Part shown: positions 36,886-48,100 of the stretch, one piece after another
Layout of the letters: the number at the start of each line of letters is the position of its first letter
Numbering within the stretch: the first letter of the stretch is position 1
NCBI GenBank assembly: GCA_008632985.1
Contig: QPGO01000022.1
Span: 372,001-436,000, forward strand
DNA length: 64,000 nucleotides
Reading direction: 5' to 3'
Origin: Psammoneis japonica
Taxonomy: Eukaryota
Translations under genes and position numbers: made by a program
Notes under the pieces: generated by a model
Seen by the model: the letters and a program-made list of their open reading frames with translations, nothing else
The model's database searches: none
Told to the model about the DNA's origin: nothing

Positions 36886-38418
36886 CACTGGCAGCCCTTT
36901 TTTCTGCAGCCTGGGGTTTTTGCCCAAGATTGCCCACTCGGCCCCACTTTCTCCAGTCTCATCATCCCAGCTCTCTTGTCCTCCCTCCACTCAACCAAGA
37001 TGCCTTGACAATGCCCACATGCTTCCTCACCTTGCTCTGTCATCCCCTGGCTCTTGCATGATTGACCATCTGCCCTCCCCCCCTCCCATTTGGCAACACA
37101 CTTGGTCACTCCAAGACCCAGGGCCTCTCACCTCCACTGGCACCACACTCACTTCCTCTTGGCCAACCCATCAGATCCTGCAAGTTTGCTTCAGCCTTTT
37201 CATCTGACAGAGATGCCCCCTTTGTCAAGCCCCCCCCCCCCCCCCCCCAGCTTGCTGCTTGCCTTGCTGACAAACAAACCCAAAGCAAGCTTTTCTGTTG
37301 ATGCTCAGCCCACCACCCACCACCCACCTCCTCTCTGCCAACATCTGGCTGCTGCAACTGCTCATCTTTTCAAGATCCACCAGACCTCTTCCATGGGACC
37401 TCGTCTTTTGCCAATGCCTCACAGACCACACCCTTCACTTGCATCTCCCAGCTTGTTGCTGCATGATCCCTCCCTCTCCCAATCACCACTGCCCAACTCA
37501 CCTCCTTGTCTCCCAGCTTCTCTTGGCAATGTGGGCTGTGGAGACATGTCTGTGTCACTTTTCCATTCCTTCCCTCCTCTGTGTCTCCCTCACTTGCTCA
37601 TTGTGCCTGGCCAAGCACCGCAACACATCCTCAGCCAGTGACCGGCAGCACTTCTTCCTCCTGGCTGGTCACTCCACTTCTCTCTCCTCTTGGTCCACCC
37701 CAAACTCCTGCCTCCTCTCTCTGTCTCTTTGTGCCATCTTCTGGCACCTTGCCCCTTCCCTTTTTTAGCTTGACTCTTCTGCCCGTGAATCTTTTTTCTC
37801 TGCTTTTGCTGACCACATGCTGGTCTGGCTCAATGCACCCACCTCTGTCACCACACATGCAATGCTCCACCTTTCCTCCACAGCCACTCCAACCTTCAGC
37901 AAACCCCTTGCCTCTCTTGCCATTTCCAACCCTTTCCAGCCTTTGCCTTCATTGTTCCCTCTCTCGTGCCCACCTGGCCAACCAGCTTTCCTTCCTTCTC
38001 CTGCCAAAGCTGGGCTTGCCCCCCCCCCTGGATGTGTTTGTTGCTCTGCTTGTCCATGTGGTTGCCACGCCCTTGATCCCTTTGAAGATCACACTTTTTC
38101 ATGCACCAAAATGCACAAAAGCCCTCCATCCAAGCATGCAAGAAACCCCCTCTGCACCGTCATCATTGCCGCTCTCTTGCCCCCACTGTGCTGGCCTCTG
38201 CTGCCCTCAACAGAACATCTTGCTTGAGCCAATTGGCCCCTTCCTTGTTGCCCCTTGGGGCATCTTGCTGACATTGGCGCACAGCAGCTCACGGACCCCC
38301 CCCCTCCCCCACGTGCCTTCTGCTTGAAATTTTCTTGCTGTTGACACCACAGCACCTCCAGTTCCTCCCCCCCCCACCCTGCACCACTGTATTTTTGGTG
38401 CAAATCAATGTGTCAGTG

Positions 38419-38449
<31 letters not shown>

Positions 38450-38955
38450 CCCCGTCATCCTCTCTGGTTTCCATGTTGCTGCTGCTGTCCGACTCGTTTC
38501 TTTGTTCTTCCCCTTGTCACCTGCTGCATCAGACCACTGTGTCTGATTAATCCAACATGACACCGGTGGGACAGCAGCAATGAGCACAGCACCAGTGATG
38601 AAAGAAAGTGAGCGGAGGATCTCAGAGAGGTCCAACCGCCATCTACACGCACTGATGTCTACGTCTAGCTACTGCCACTGCTGCTAGCTAGAGTAAAGCA
38701 GTCTATCTATCTGTGTCACTGGGTGTGCACAGCACACACGACTCAATCGGAAAGCTGTCATCATGTGTCTCATTGCTGTGCTGTTGTCACAATGGCTACT
38801 CAATACTTCTATGAAGTGAACGAGAGTGATGGCATCAAACACGGTTAGGCCTACAGAGACAATCTCCTTCTTGCGCAACGTATGGTTTCTTTCTATTTGC
38901 ATGCGCTGGGATGATGTGGCCAACAAGAACTCCTTCGACAAAACCCATCGCATTA

Positions 38956-40332
38956 TTAGAGGTGGTCACTTTTCATCTTAACTTCTTCATTGGCAGAACC
39001 GTCCGGAGCGCTTGCAACCAAATAAACAGCGGACGCTATGAGAGCCCCTCCGCTACAACCTGCTGGACCCAAAGTTTCACCAAGCAACGCCCACGCAAAA
39101 AGAGCAGTAAAAATCGGCTGCACCGAATAGATCAAGTTGGCCTCCGTCGGCGAGACTCTTTGCTGACCAAAGCTTTGAGCATATATAGTGTATGCGCATG
39201 TTATCAAGCCAGTCCAAATGACGGCCCCAATCAGTGCAGAAGGTGGTAAAGATCCTGATGATATATCAGTAGTCATAGATTCGAAGAAGCTCGAAATCTC
39301 GGTGCCCATTTGGGAAACAGCACGCAACCTGTCACTTTCATCAAAATTACCCCGACAGGACACCAAAACTAGTACCAGCAAAACACTAAAAAACGCTTCA
39401 GCTGTTGCTTTCGAGGCTGCCAGTTTCAACGGTGTGGTTTCCTTTGCATATCGTCCAAGGCGGACGACATGCAACGTGTAGACAAAGGCCGCAAGAATGA
39501 TGAGAATGTCACCTTTTGTTGCGTTCATAAGGTAATGCCAAACATTCCCGTCAGTTGCCAATTCATTTCCATCGAGACCCATTACGACAACTCCGCTAAA
39601 CGCAACTGCACACGCGAACCATGTGCGCATTGAAATCACCATCAGGTTGCCAGCGAAGCAAGCTGACACAAGAGGTACCATCACAGTTGTGAGCTGCACG
39701 AGGAAACCAGCTCGATCTGAAGGCACGGTCTTTAATCCAAGCACCTGTAGACCGTTTCCCAGAAACAAATACATTCCAAGTTCGAGTCCACCAAGCGTAG
39801 GAAATCCTCCGTGAGCTATTGCTTCGCTACCCTCCACTTCGCCGGCGGGTAACTCTCGCGACGATGCATTGCTTCTTTTCTGTGCCTCAGCTAGTGTCAT
39901 AAGTGTCACAGAAGCTAGCAAATAATAGGCTGCTGAGAAAACAAAGCCCGGTACTGGCGGTTGAATCTCGTACAGGTACCTTACTACAGGCGTATATGTT
40001 CCCCATGCAAATGGAACAGTAAGAAGTACCGCCCTTCCTTCGATCTTGTCCATCTTCAGTCGATCGGCAACTTCAACATCGTCGTCGACAACAGTCATTC
40101 GAAGAGGGCGCCTTAGCATTAAGGGATATTGATAGGATTCCCAAGAACGTTGAATACGGCGGAAAGGAATAGTTGAAGGTCTCCATAAGCCATTTATGTG
40201 GTTGGGTGTTCTCCCATTGCTGACGAGTGCTTGCACCGCCACGCGGTTCAAAATCGCGACTATCCAAAGTAGCGTCAGATATATCTTGATCACTCCAATT
40301 CCTTTCCCAAAATCGAAATTAATGCGGTGCAT
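38956..40332 (-). CDS. EamA/DMT-family transporter (paralog of 27053..28416)
   Basis: 458-aa intronless ORF with 'GGLELGMYLFLGNGLQVLGL', 'RAGFLVQLTT' and 'AQSFGQQRVSPTEANLIYSVQP'. Confidence 0.9.
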   Translation of the reverse strand: MHRINFDFGKGIGVIKIYLTLLWIVAILNRVAVQALVSNGRTPNHINGLWRPSTIPFRRIQRSWESYQYPLMLRRPLRMTVVDDDVEVADRLKMDKIEGRAVLLTVPFAWGTYTPVVRYLYEIQPPVPGFVFSAAYYLLASVTLMTLAEAQKRSNASSRELPAGEVEGSEAIAHGGFPTLGGLELGMYLFLGNGLQVLGLKTVPSDRAGFLVQLTTVMVPLVSACFAGNLMVISMRTWFACAVAFSGVVVMGLDGNELATDGNVWHYLMNATKGDILIILAAFVYTLHVVRLGRYAKETTPLKLAASKATAEAFFSVLLVLVLVSCRGNFDESDRLRAVSQMGTEISSFFESMTTDISSGSLPPSALIGAVIWTGLITCAYTIYAQSFGQQRVSPTEANLIYSVQPIFTALFAWALLGETLGPAGCSGGALIASAVYLVASAPDGSANEEVKMKSDHL

Positions 40333-40812
40333 GACTTTTGCTTTCTAAGGCTTTGTAGCAGTAGCCTTTACAAAACACAAAATCACCATCAACAGCTACG
40401 ACTTGACGGGAAACACCGAATTGGAATGAAATATAAGTACTGTTGATTTGTAGCCATGCTAGAGTATAACGTTTTTAACGTCAATACTCCTTTTCTCATT
40501 AGACTACGCACGCAGTATGTACATAGGTAATACAGTACTGTATGTTGTGCTTCATTTTTGGGCGTTTTCATTTTTGAAAAAACGATAGTCGTAGAAAGTG
40601 TACCACCGTCCTCTTACCTTGCCTCTTACTACCGGTAGGTTCCTAGGCTACATGTCTAGAGAGAGGGCCCTAGGTACCGGTACGAGCATTATTTTGGAAT
40701 TTTTGTGTAGTGTTTGCACTTTATTTTTAGCTGTCTGTCCTCGTGTTATTCATATTGACTCTATCAAGAGTCTACTTGGAGTAGAAGTACAACACTCTAG
40801 CGTCAGGATACG

Positions 40813-41085
40813 ATGAGTTGGGAGAGCCAAGTTGAAATCTTCTGTGCCTATTCTGTGGGAGGATACGGCTGCTACTTTATGCTGTACTCGGCCGCGATCA
40901 TCTTGCTTTGCATTTACGGATGCACCCTTAGAGTTTTGAGGAACCGACGAATGGCAGCTGAAAGAAACGAAGTTTTGCCGACCCTTCTGGGATGTTCTCA
41001 GGTAACCAGCGTTCCGTTAGCAAGCTCGTCGAATCCTCAAGAGACAGAGCCCCTTCTGATTCCGAGCATTCGCCACCCCATATGA
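40813..41085 (+). CDS. Small hypothetical membrane protein
   Basis: 90-aa ATG ORF with one hydrophobic segment; no recognisable domain. Confidence 0.3.
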   Translation: MSWESQVEIFCAYSVGGYGCYFMLYSAAIILLCIYGCTLRVLRNRRMAAERNEVLPTLLGCSQVTSVPLASSSNPQETEPLLIPSIRHPI

Positions 41086-42145
41086 ATACCTGGCGGTACC
41101 CGGTATCAGTAACTCGGCGGCGAACTCTCATGTTCAAGCGGAATTCGAAACACAAAGTTCTTCCACTGTGTAGGCATGGATGGGGTGTGTACGTACAGCC
41201 TCAATAAGAAAATGACACGGATCCGTCTCCCAGCATACGTTTACAGAAATGGCTGAAAAACAAAGCATTCTCGTAATTAGGAGGCGAGAGGCGACATCAT
41301 GTCGACTCTCTAGCGGCGAATGTACTCGCACTTCAGAACCAAGACAGTTGAATGGGGCGTTTTGAAGAAGTGCAGTAGGTCTGACGATTTTTGACAAACT
41401 TGACATCATCAATGTGATGTCTCGTAGATCTCTCGCATCCCAATCCTTTAGAGCAGGGTAACCGCATCGCTTCAAAAAAAATATTAAGCGGGATGACATA
41501 TTTGAAGTGCGAAGCAATTGGTGGTCATTGTATACGTGATTTACCGGTAGATAAACTGCGAGAGCTTTCCGCCTCTCTTCTCTCGATCGTCGCCCGGAAA
41601 GGTGGGATGAATAGCCTCTTGCGAAGCGGGACAAGTTTTTGCACCCTGTTCGCGCTGCCTCTCCATACCGAATCAACCTCGCCGGTCAGGTGAACGGCTA
41701 AAGAATACCGTTGCAGTTATACCCAAAGTGACTCTCTAAATATGAGATAATTTCTTTGCAGATAGAATCCAAATTCTCGTAATCTCTATACTTTACTTTT
41801 TGAAACACCACAACGAAACATGGACTGAGTAGTACAAGAGAGGAAGCACCTCGACGTAAGCAGGCTTTTCGTCGTTCCGTTGAGACTTATGCAGTGAATA
41901 GACACAAAACCAAAATGCAAGCAAGGTTACCGGATAGTACACGAATAGGTATTAAGAGGATCTAGAAGTCAATTCTTCTGTACCATGCGAAGCAGCAAGC
42001 GGATCCTCGGTGCAATACAATTCTTGTTCGATACGATCAGCGCTTCTCCAACATCGCCGCGCTATCTTCTTTCTTATTGACAGGCTGTCTGGAAGTCGAG
42101 CGCGAGGTCTCCTTTCTTCTCCATCTACAATGCATCATTCCTCGT

Positions 42146-42796
42146 TCATTCACTGTCACGAAGGCTCTTGACTGCTTCAGAGTAGGCAGCAGAGCCTCCG
42201 AGTGTCATCCATGGTGGAGCTCGTTCTCGAATTTGCTCTAATGCTTTGATATTTGCAAAAGGAATACCGCTCTTTGGGTCTGTGTAAATCCCTGCAAGAC
42301 CAGTAACCGGGCAGAACTTCCTCGGAGGGAGTTGCTGAGAGGGAGGGAGACGAGCTTCCGCGTCGAGGAAAGCCTTAGCTACGCTGTCGACTCGACTGGC
42401 TTCCTCGAGAAGGATTGATGCAAATGATCTCGGCCGGAATCTCGGCGGAAGGACACCTGCCGTTTTTGATGCTGTGCCTCTCCGTTTTCTTCGCTTGTTC
42501 TGCTGCAATTCTTCCAGTTCGTTGTACTCTTCCTCCTCTTCTTCAGTCGGACCAGCAGAGGGATCTACGTTTTCCAAGGCATCAAGCCAAACCGCCGATC
42601 GGTACTCTTGTCCTTCAACACCACCAAGGTTTGCCACCTTGCGTGCCCGTTCTCTACGTGCCTGTTTCTTCCTACGACCTGATCTACGGGCGGAGGTCGC
42701 TCCCTGAAGCGACACAGGCAGAGCAGCAGCACCGGCAGCAGACCGCATTGCTTCGTTCCATGCTTTACGCTGAGCATCTTGGCCACTACCTCCCAT
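42146..42796 (-). CDS. SWR1/INO80 chromatin-remodelling subunit (SWC6/Ies6-like, YL1_C-type C-terminus)
   Basis: 'WLDALEN', 'RSFASILLEE' and 'PPRKFCPVTGLAGIYTDPKSGIPFAN'. Confidence 0.7.
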   Translation of the reverse strand: MGGSGQDAQRKAWNEAMRSAAGAAALPVSLQGATSARRSGRRKKQARRERARKVANLGGVEGQEYRSAVWLDALENVDPSAGPTEEEEEEYNELEELQQNKRRKRRGTASKTAGVLPPRFRPRSFASILLEEASRVDSVAKAFLDAEARLPPSQQLPPRKFCPVTGLAGIYTDPKSGIPFANIKALEQIRERAPPWMTLGGSAAYSEAVKSLRDSE

Positions 42797-43334
42797 TTTT
42801 CAAGTTATTAATCGTACCAGCGGGTATTTCAACAGCAACCTTCACTCTTCTTCATTTTGATATTTCATTGAGCAGAGCCTTTTCATTGTGCGTCGACCGT
42901 GTGTGTCGCGTGTCGCGGCCGCTCGCTCTGAGTTCGTTGAAAACGAAGGCTATTGTTCTTCAGATCTGATAGTCATTACCACCTCCGTAAGATTTAACGA
43001 CATGTCATGGTACTCCAAAAAATTGGCGCCAAAGTTTCAATATAATTTTTAACCATACCGTTTGTTTTTACAATATATTACAATATATAAGATAATATGA
43101 AAGCACGAGCGAACTCGTCTATCTCGCACTTGAACTTCCCAATCCCGCCCAACGCTTTCCTCCCAACTCATGCTTGCTGCTCGTCCAACATCAGCGATAG
43201 GTATTGTAATAGCCTACTCTAGGGCCCTAGAGAGTAGAGAATGCTTGCATCAACGAGCCATTCTTACAACTTGGATTTAAAAAAAAAAACAATCTGTGCT
43301 GATCTGGTAAGGCTGTTTTGTCAGTTCTCGTCAA

Positions 43335-44300
43335 ATGCTGTGCTGTCTCTATCCGTCATGGATGGAACACGGTGAAGTGAACATGGGGCAAACATCCGAT
43401 GCGACAAATAGTTTCCCAGGACAAAGACAAAGAGGCTTCGTGAAGACCGGAGGCAACGCTCTCTCCTACAATCCTTCTTTCCAACCAGCCCATACAAAAT
43501 CGGGTGGGAATCTTGTTTCTGTGACTGTTCCACATGGTGTATCGCCTCATCAGACAATCCATGTGTCGGCGCCCGATGGAAGTGGCACAATGGTTTCAGC
43601 GATTGTGCCTCCAGGGATGACACCAGGGTCTACCTTCCTTGTAGAGTTTCCTTCACCAATGGGAGATTCGTCTGAAGTCACACGACAACCATCATACGAG
43701 AATGTAGTGGTTATGCCGCCACCTTCTCCTGATACGACTTCACAGGTGCATGGCGTATCTGTTCTGGCTCCTCCTTCGACATTTTCTGATCCAAGAACAG
43801 CTATTGCCATGCAAAAGTATGACCACGCAGCCTCGACACCATTTGCGGCCGCATTGGGACCCCCGCCAGGCACATCACAGGCAATGCCTGTGTCGACACC
43901 AGAAATCACTCCGGTGCCTCCGCCGCAGCAGTCGTCCGCTAGAAAACACGCAACGATGAAGATCAGAGTACCTGAAGGAGTCTCTCCCGGATCTACCATT
44001 CACGTAAAGGTTCCGGGCGAGAATCGTGTGCTTGCAGCCAAAGTGCCACCCGGAGTCACTGAGTTTCACATGGCCTACGAAACTCACAGCTCGGAAGAAT
44101 CTGATGTGCCCGTAGCTGTTTCTGACCCTGCCCGAACAGAGAAGCTTTTGCTCGTGCGTGTACCTCCAGATATACGAGAGGGAACAACGATACACGTGGA
44201 AATCCCTGGAGAACCGGGAAGGCTTCTTGCTGCCAAGGTGCCACCGGGAAATGTGAGGGAATTTCATGTTTCCTACGCACCTCGCATGGGCCGTCATTGA
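43335..44300 (+). CDS. Proline-rich hypothetical protein with three 'V.VP.G..PG.TIHV..PG' modules
   Basis: 321-aa ORF with a repeated small beta-rich module (VTVPHGVSPHQTIHV, IRVPEGVSPGSTIHV, VRVPPDIREGTTIHV). Confidence 0.7.
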   Translation: MLCCLYPSWMEHGEVNMGQTSDATNSFPGQRQRGFVKTGGNALSYNPSFQPAHTKSGGNLVSVTVPHGVSPHQTIHVSAPDGSGTMVSAIVPPGMTPGSTFLVEFPSPMGDSSEVTRQPSYENVVVMPPPSPDTTSQVHGVSVLAPPSTFSDPRTAIAMQKYDHAASTPFAAALGPPPGTSQAMPVSTPEITPVPPPQQSSARKHATMKIRVPEGVSPGSTIHVKVPGENRVLAAKVPPGVTEFHMAYETHSSEESDVPVAVSDPARTEKLLLVRVPPDIREGTTIHVEIPGEPGRLLAAKVPPGNVREFHVSYAPRMGRH

Positions 44301-45119
44301 GATCAAACTACCGGTAGCTAGTATCATGTCACGCAACTTAAAATTTAGCAATAATTTTCATCATGGCGAATCTCCTTTTACTCTCTTAATAACAAGATAA
44401 GTGTTGAATGACGAGATTTGTTGATGGACCCAGTTGGTATTCAGAATGATGGAATCATCAAGACAGTCGTATGTAGAAGCTTTCCAATCAAATAAAGATA
44501 GCTGCTGCTAGAGAGAGGACTACCAGGTCCTTCGTGTGTAACTCTCGTGTTTCACTTACAATACGGCAAAAATGTAAGAAGGGCTTTCGTTCTTTATTAG
44601 GCTTCTAGTAGAGGGCCCTACTCATACAGTAGAGTCTATTTCATACTCTCTTCTCTAGAGAGGCCCTCTAGAGAGTAGCTAGTAGCTAGCTTAGAGTAGA
44701 GTAGAGAGTAGGGTTCCTACCGGTAAAAGAGTAGGTAGGACGACTCTAGCCCGCATTGCGAATTCAGAATGAATGAATCGATCGGTCCTGCGTCGGCGGG
44801 CATCAAGCCATGAAAGGAAGAATGCGATGGCGCGAGTCCAGGCAGACCTGCGACTTGCGAACTGGATGGAACGAACACCGTAAACCCAAACAGCAAAACA
44901 CTCTGCCGCTGTAACACACACAATGGCATGGAAATTGCGTGTTGCGTCGCAGCAGCAGTCAACAGTCGAACATTGGAAGTCAGCACCAGCCAGCACGCCC
45001 AGTCCCTTTGCCATTAGCTACTAGCAGACGACACCATACGGACACCAAACGTCTGGAATTATAATTGTCACCGTAGTCACATGCGGGGTGCATTATTTGT
45101 GGTGTGTTAAAACGCGAAA

Positions 45120-48100
45120 TGAATGTTAGTAGTAGTGGTGCAACGATGCCAGGTGACCAGGAGTGGGCGCGAAGCCTAGTGGGGAGATCCTGGGAGATCT
45201 TCTGGGACGATCGTTGGGACGATGGCGAAGAAGAACGTAGCAGTACCGCTGACAGTGCTGTAATGGAGGCAGTAGTCGACCCAAGCCAGAGAGGCGCCGA
45301 CGCTTCGGCTCAGCACAGCGAACACAACGTTGAGCGACTCACCGGCGACGCTGGTGACGTGACGATGGTTGAAGATGGAGAAGAAATCGATAGTGGAAGT
45401 GAGAGCGAAGGGGACACGGTAGACTGGTATGAAAGCAAAGTTCTTTCTGCGGAGAAGTGCGACGACAAGGGTTGTTGGTTTAAGGTGCAGTTTGAAGGTG
45501 ACGACACCATTTACGACATGCCCCTCGTTCCTTCGATAGTTCGGCCAAGTGCGAGGGCCTGGATCAAACGAACTTTGGCGATTCTGGAAAAGCCTACACA
45601 TCACGGAAGCACGTACGAAAATGGCATTGCGTCATGGGAAAAGTCTTTACCACACCATACGGCGCTTCTCAGCGATAGCGCACACCTCGAAGACATGCGA
45701 ATTGCGGTTCATTCGGGAGTGTCAGCCGGGGGCGAATCACCTCTTGTAGCACAAGTAGAGCCTGCTCAAAGCAACGGGATATCGGACTTCAAGACAGCAC
45801 GACCACGTGTTGGAGAACTGGAGGATATACGTCATCTGTTGTTCCTAGTTAAGGTGCAGATTTTTCTTCGTTCGAGGTTAGCACCAATGGCAGAGGACCA
45901 GGGAACAGCTAAGATCAGAATTCCGACCAGAATCCACGTAGACTATCTTTTGAAATGCTTACATGAGCTCGAAAAAGCATGCTCCTGGTACTTGGAATGT
46001 TGGCAGCTCCTTGGAAGGGTATTTAATCCTGGAGTTGCAAACGGCTCGGAACGCTCTTTGATTGACCCGGAATTTTTAAGCCGGGATTGTCTAGAATATG
46101 GGAGTGAGATTCTACATAACCTAACTACCCTTGACCTGTCGGAAGAACGAGCAAAAAAGAACAAGCGAGGCAGCGATAGTCAAACAGGGACTAGGAAAAC
46201 CAAACGGCGGAGAACCGACCAAGGGAATGGGCCGGCAATTTTTGATCATGGTAGGTCTGAGAGCGACGACGAAACATCATTCGGACGAATATCGTCCGAG
46301 TCTCTTCAAAGTTTTGCATCTCACTCAAAAGAAAAGGATGATCGGTGGTTTGTAAAAATTATGGCGAGTATGCTGTTGAATGTCTGTTGCTCAGTATACG
46401 AACCTCTGAAAGACTGGCAGGTCTCTATCATACGCATGCTTGGAGATGGCAGAAATCAAGAGGACGAGAAGGAACTTGACAGCGAATCTTGCGAGGAGGA
46501 GAAGGAGAACGAAGATGTGATGCATACGTCAATAGTCGGATCTCATCACCAACGAAATAATGATGATGAACGGATGTACACGTACGACGAAGTAGCTTCA
46601 TTCCTTACGTTGGTGTCAGAAGATCGGTTACTGAAACAGTTTGATCTTTCGACTTGGACAAGAAGAATAGACGAGAAATTGGAAAGGATTTCAGTGTTCG
46701 AAGCAAACGGAAGCAGCTTATTAGCAAGGGTATTGGAGCACTCGGCCCGTGCTTCAAAGACTGGTGACGAGGTGCTGACTGGGTTAAAAGCATTGCGAGA
46801 TATCTCTTCCTCCGAAGGCTCTTTGATGAAAAACGTTGATCCCTTGGCTCGTTCATCGTCGTCGCGCTTAAATCGTCGCGTAATAAACGATGCCATAACC
46901 GTGCGAAGCTGGGTTTTGGACCTTTTGCATACCGAACAAACACGAGAGAGAATTGCGTTCGTGCAGAACACGATATCGCAGGCTTCCAAGCTACCACACA
47001 TCCCAATGGAGCAGCCCTCGTCCCATGTCATCCTTTCAAACCCAAACGAAGGCACGTCGTCGACGATGGGCCAGCTAATGGCACGCACACAAGTGTTATC
47101 ATCTATGTTGTTTTCTCATATCGAGACATTCGCGCAATATGATCACAAGATCAATATAAGGACGTCAAGTTTCGGCCGTACAGAGCAACTGCATGACAGC
47201 TTTTCGGTTCTGCATGCTCTTGACCAACTGGGTGGTACGCCAGTGATTTCTGTAGCAGAAGAGAAGCTAGCAGTGAGATTTGACTTATTGCAGTGGATAC
47301 AGAAAGCCAAATTCTGTTTGATTTCCGAAAACGGAAATCCTTCTTATCAGGATGTTATTGATTTGTCTGACTTTCTGAATAAAGTTCGACATGGGATCTG
47401 CCCACACAGGGTGCGACTTGTGGATGGCCTTGCAAAGAACGAGATGGTAGACAGAGAAGTTTGTGAGTTTGCGACTGCCGACATTGTGGCATTCTGTAGA
47501 GACTTCGCAGTGCAAATAGATCAGTTGCACTCATTGTCCACGGAGTGGATAGGCCGTGCTGATTGCATACTCTCTGCTTTGAGTGCACACGGGAACGCTG
47601 CAGTGGTGGAAAGCTCGGTGAAGACCGGTAAAGTCCCTGCAATGATAGATTTGAAGCGGATCGAAGACTTGCTTGATGATGGCAAAGGTCTTGGGATCGC
47701 AATGCCGAAGTTTTACATGAAAGCACTTTCTGATGCAGTGGATGACGCAAAAAAGTGGTCGATTTCGATTGAAAAGACGCTCCTCAGCGCTTCTGATGCC
47801 TTGGGCTGTCTTTCTCTCTTGCAAGAACGAAGAGAAGATCGACCGAAGGGGATTCTGATGGAACCAGCGAGACATGTGGTTGATTCTTGGATCGATTCTC
47901 TTGATTGGCACAGACGCGTGAAACTCTTCCTTTCGTCTAGAACTGTCCAAGACTCATCGAAATCGTTCGATTGTGACGATTTCTCAGGACTACTAATCGA
48001 AGGCTTCGAATTTGTGCAGCTATTCTGCAGATCTCAATCCACTGAGGAGTTTTTCCAATTCGAAGCCGAACAGATAATGCCGCTGCTTTCAACTTCAGAG

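Larger units (their letters stand above)
28800..38640. mobile_element. TpA/CpG-depleted repeat block containing a degenerate Copia element and unidentified flanking repeat sequence
   Basis: Near-absence of TA, CA/TG excess and fragmented His/Cys-rich ORFs over ~9.8 kb. Confidence 0.85.

Noticed and set aside
28759..38731. tgtgacacccag / ctgggtgtgcaca as TIRs bounding the second repeat block
   Set aside because: The match is only ~12 bp with an indel, does not extend, and has no TSD.
41134..41676. 180-aa ORF on the minus strand
   Set aside because: It has a non-ATG start, no recognisable motif and no clear splice structure, so it cannot be supported as a gene.
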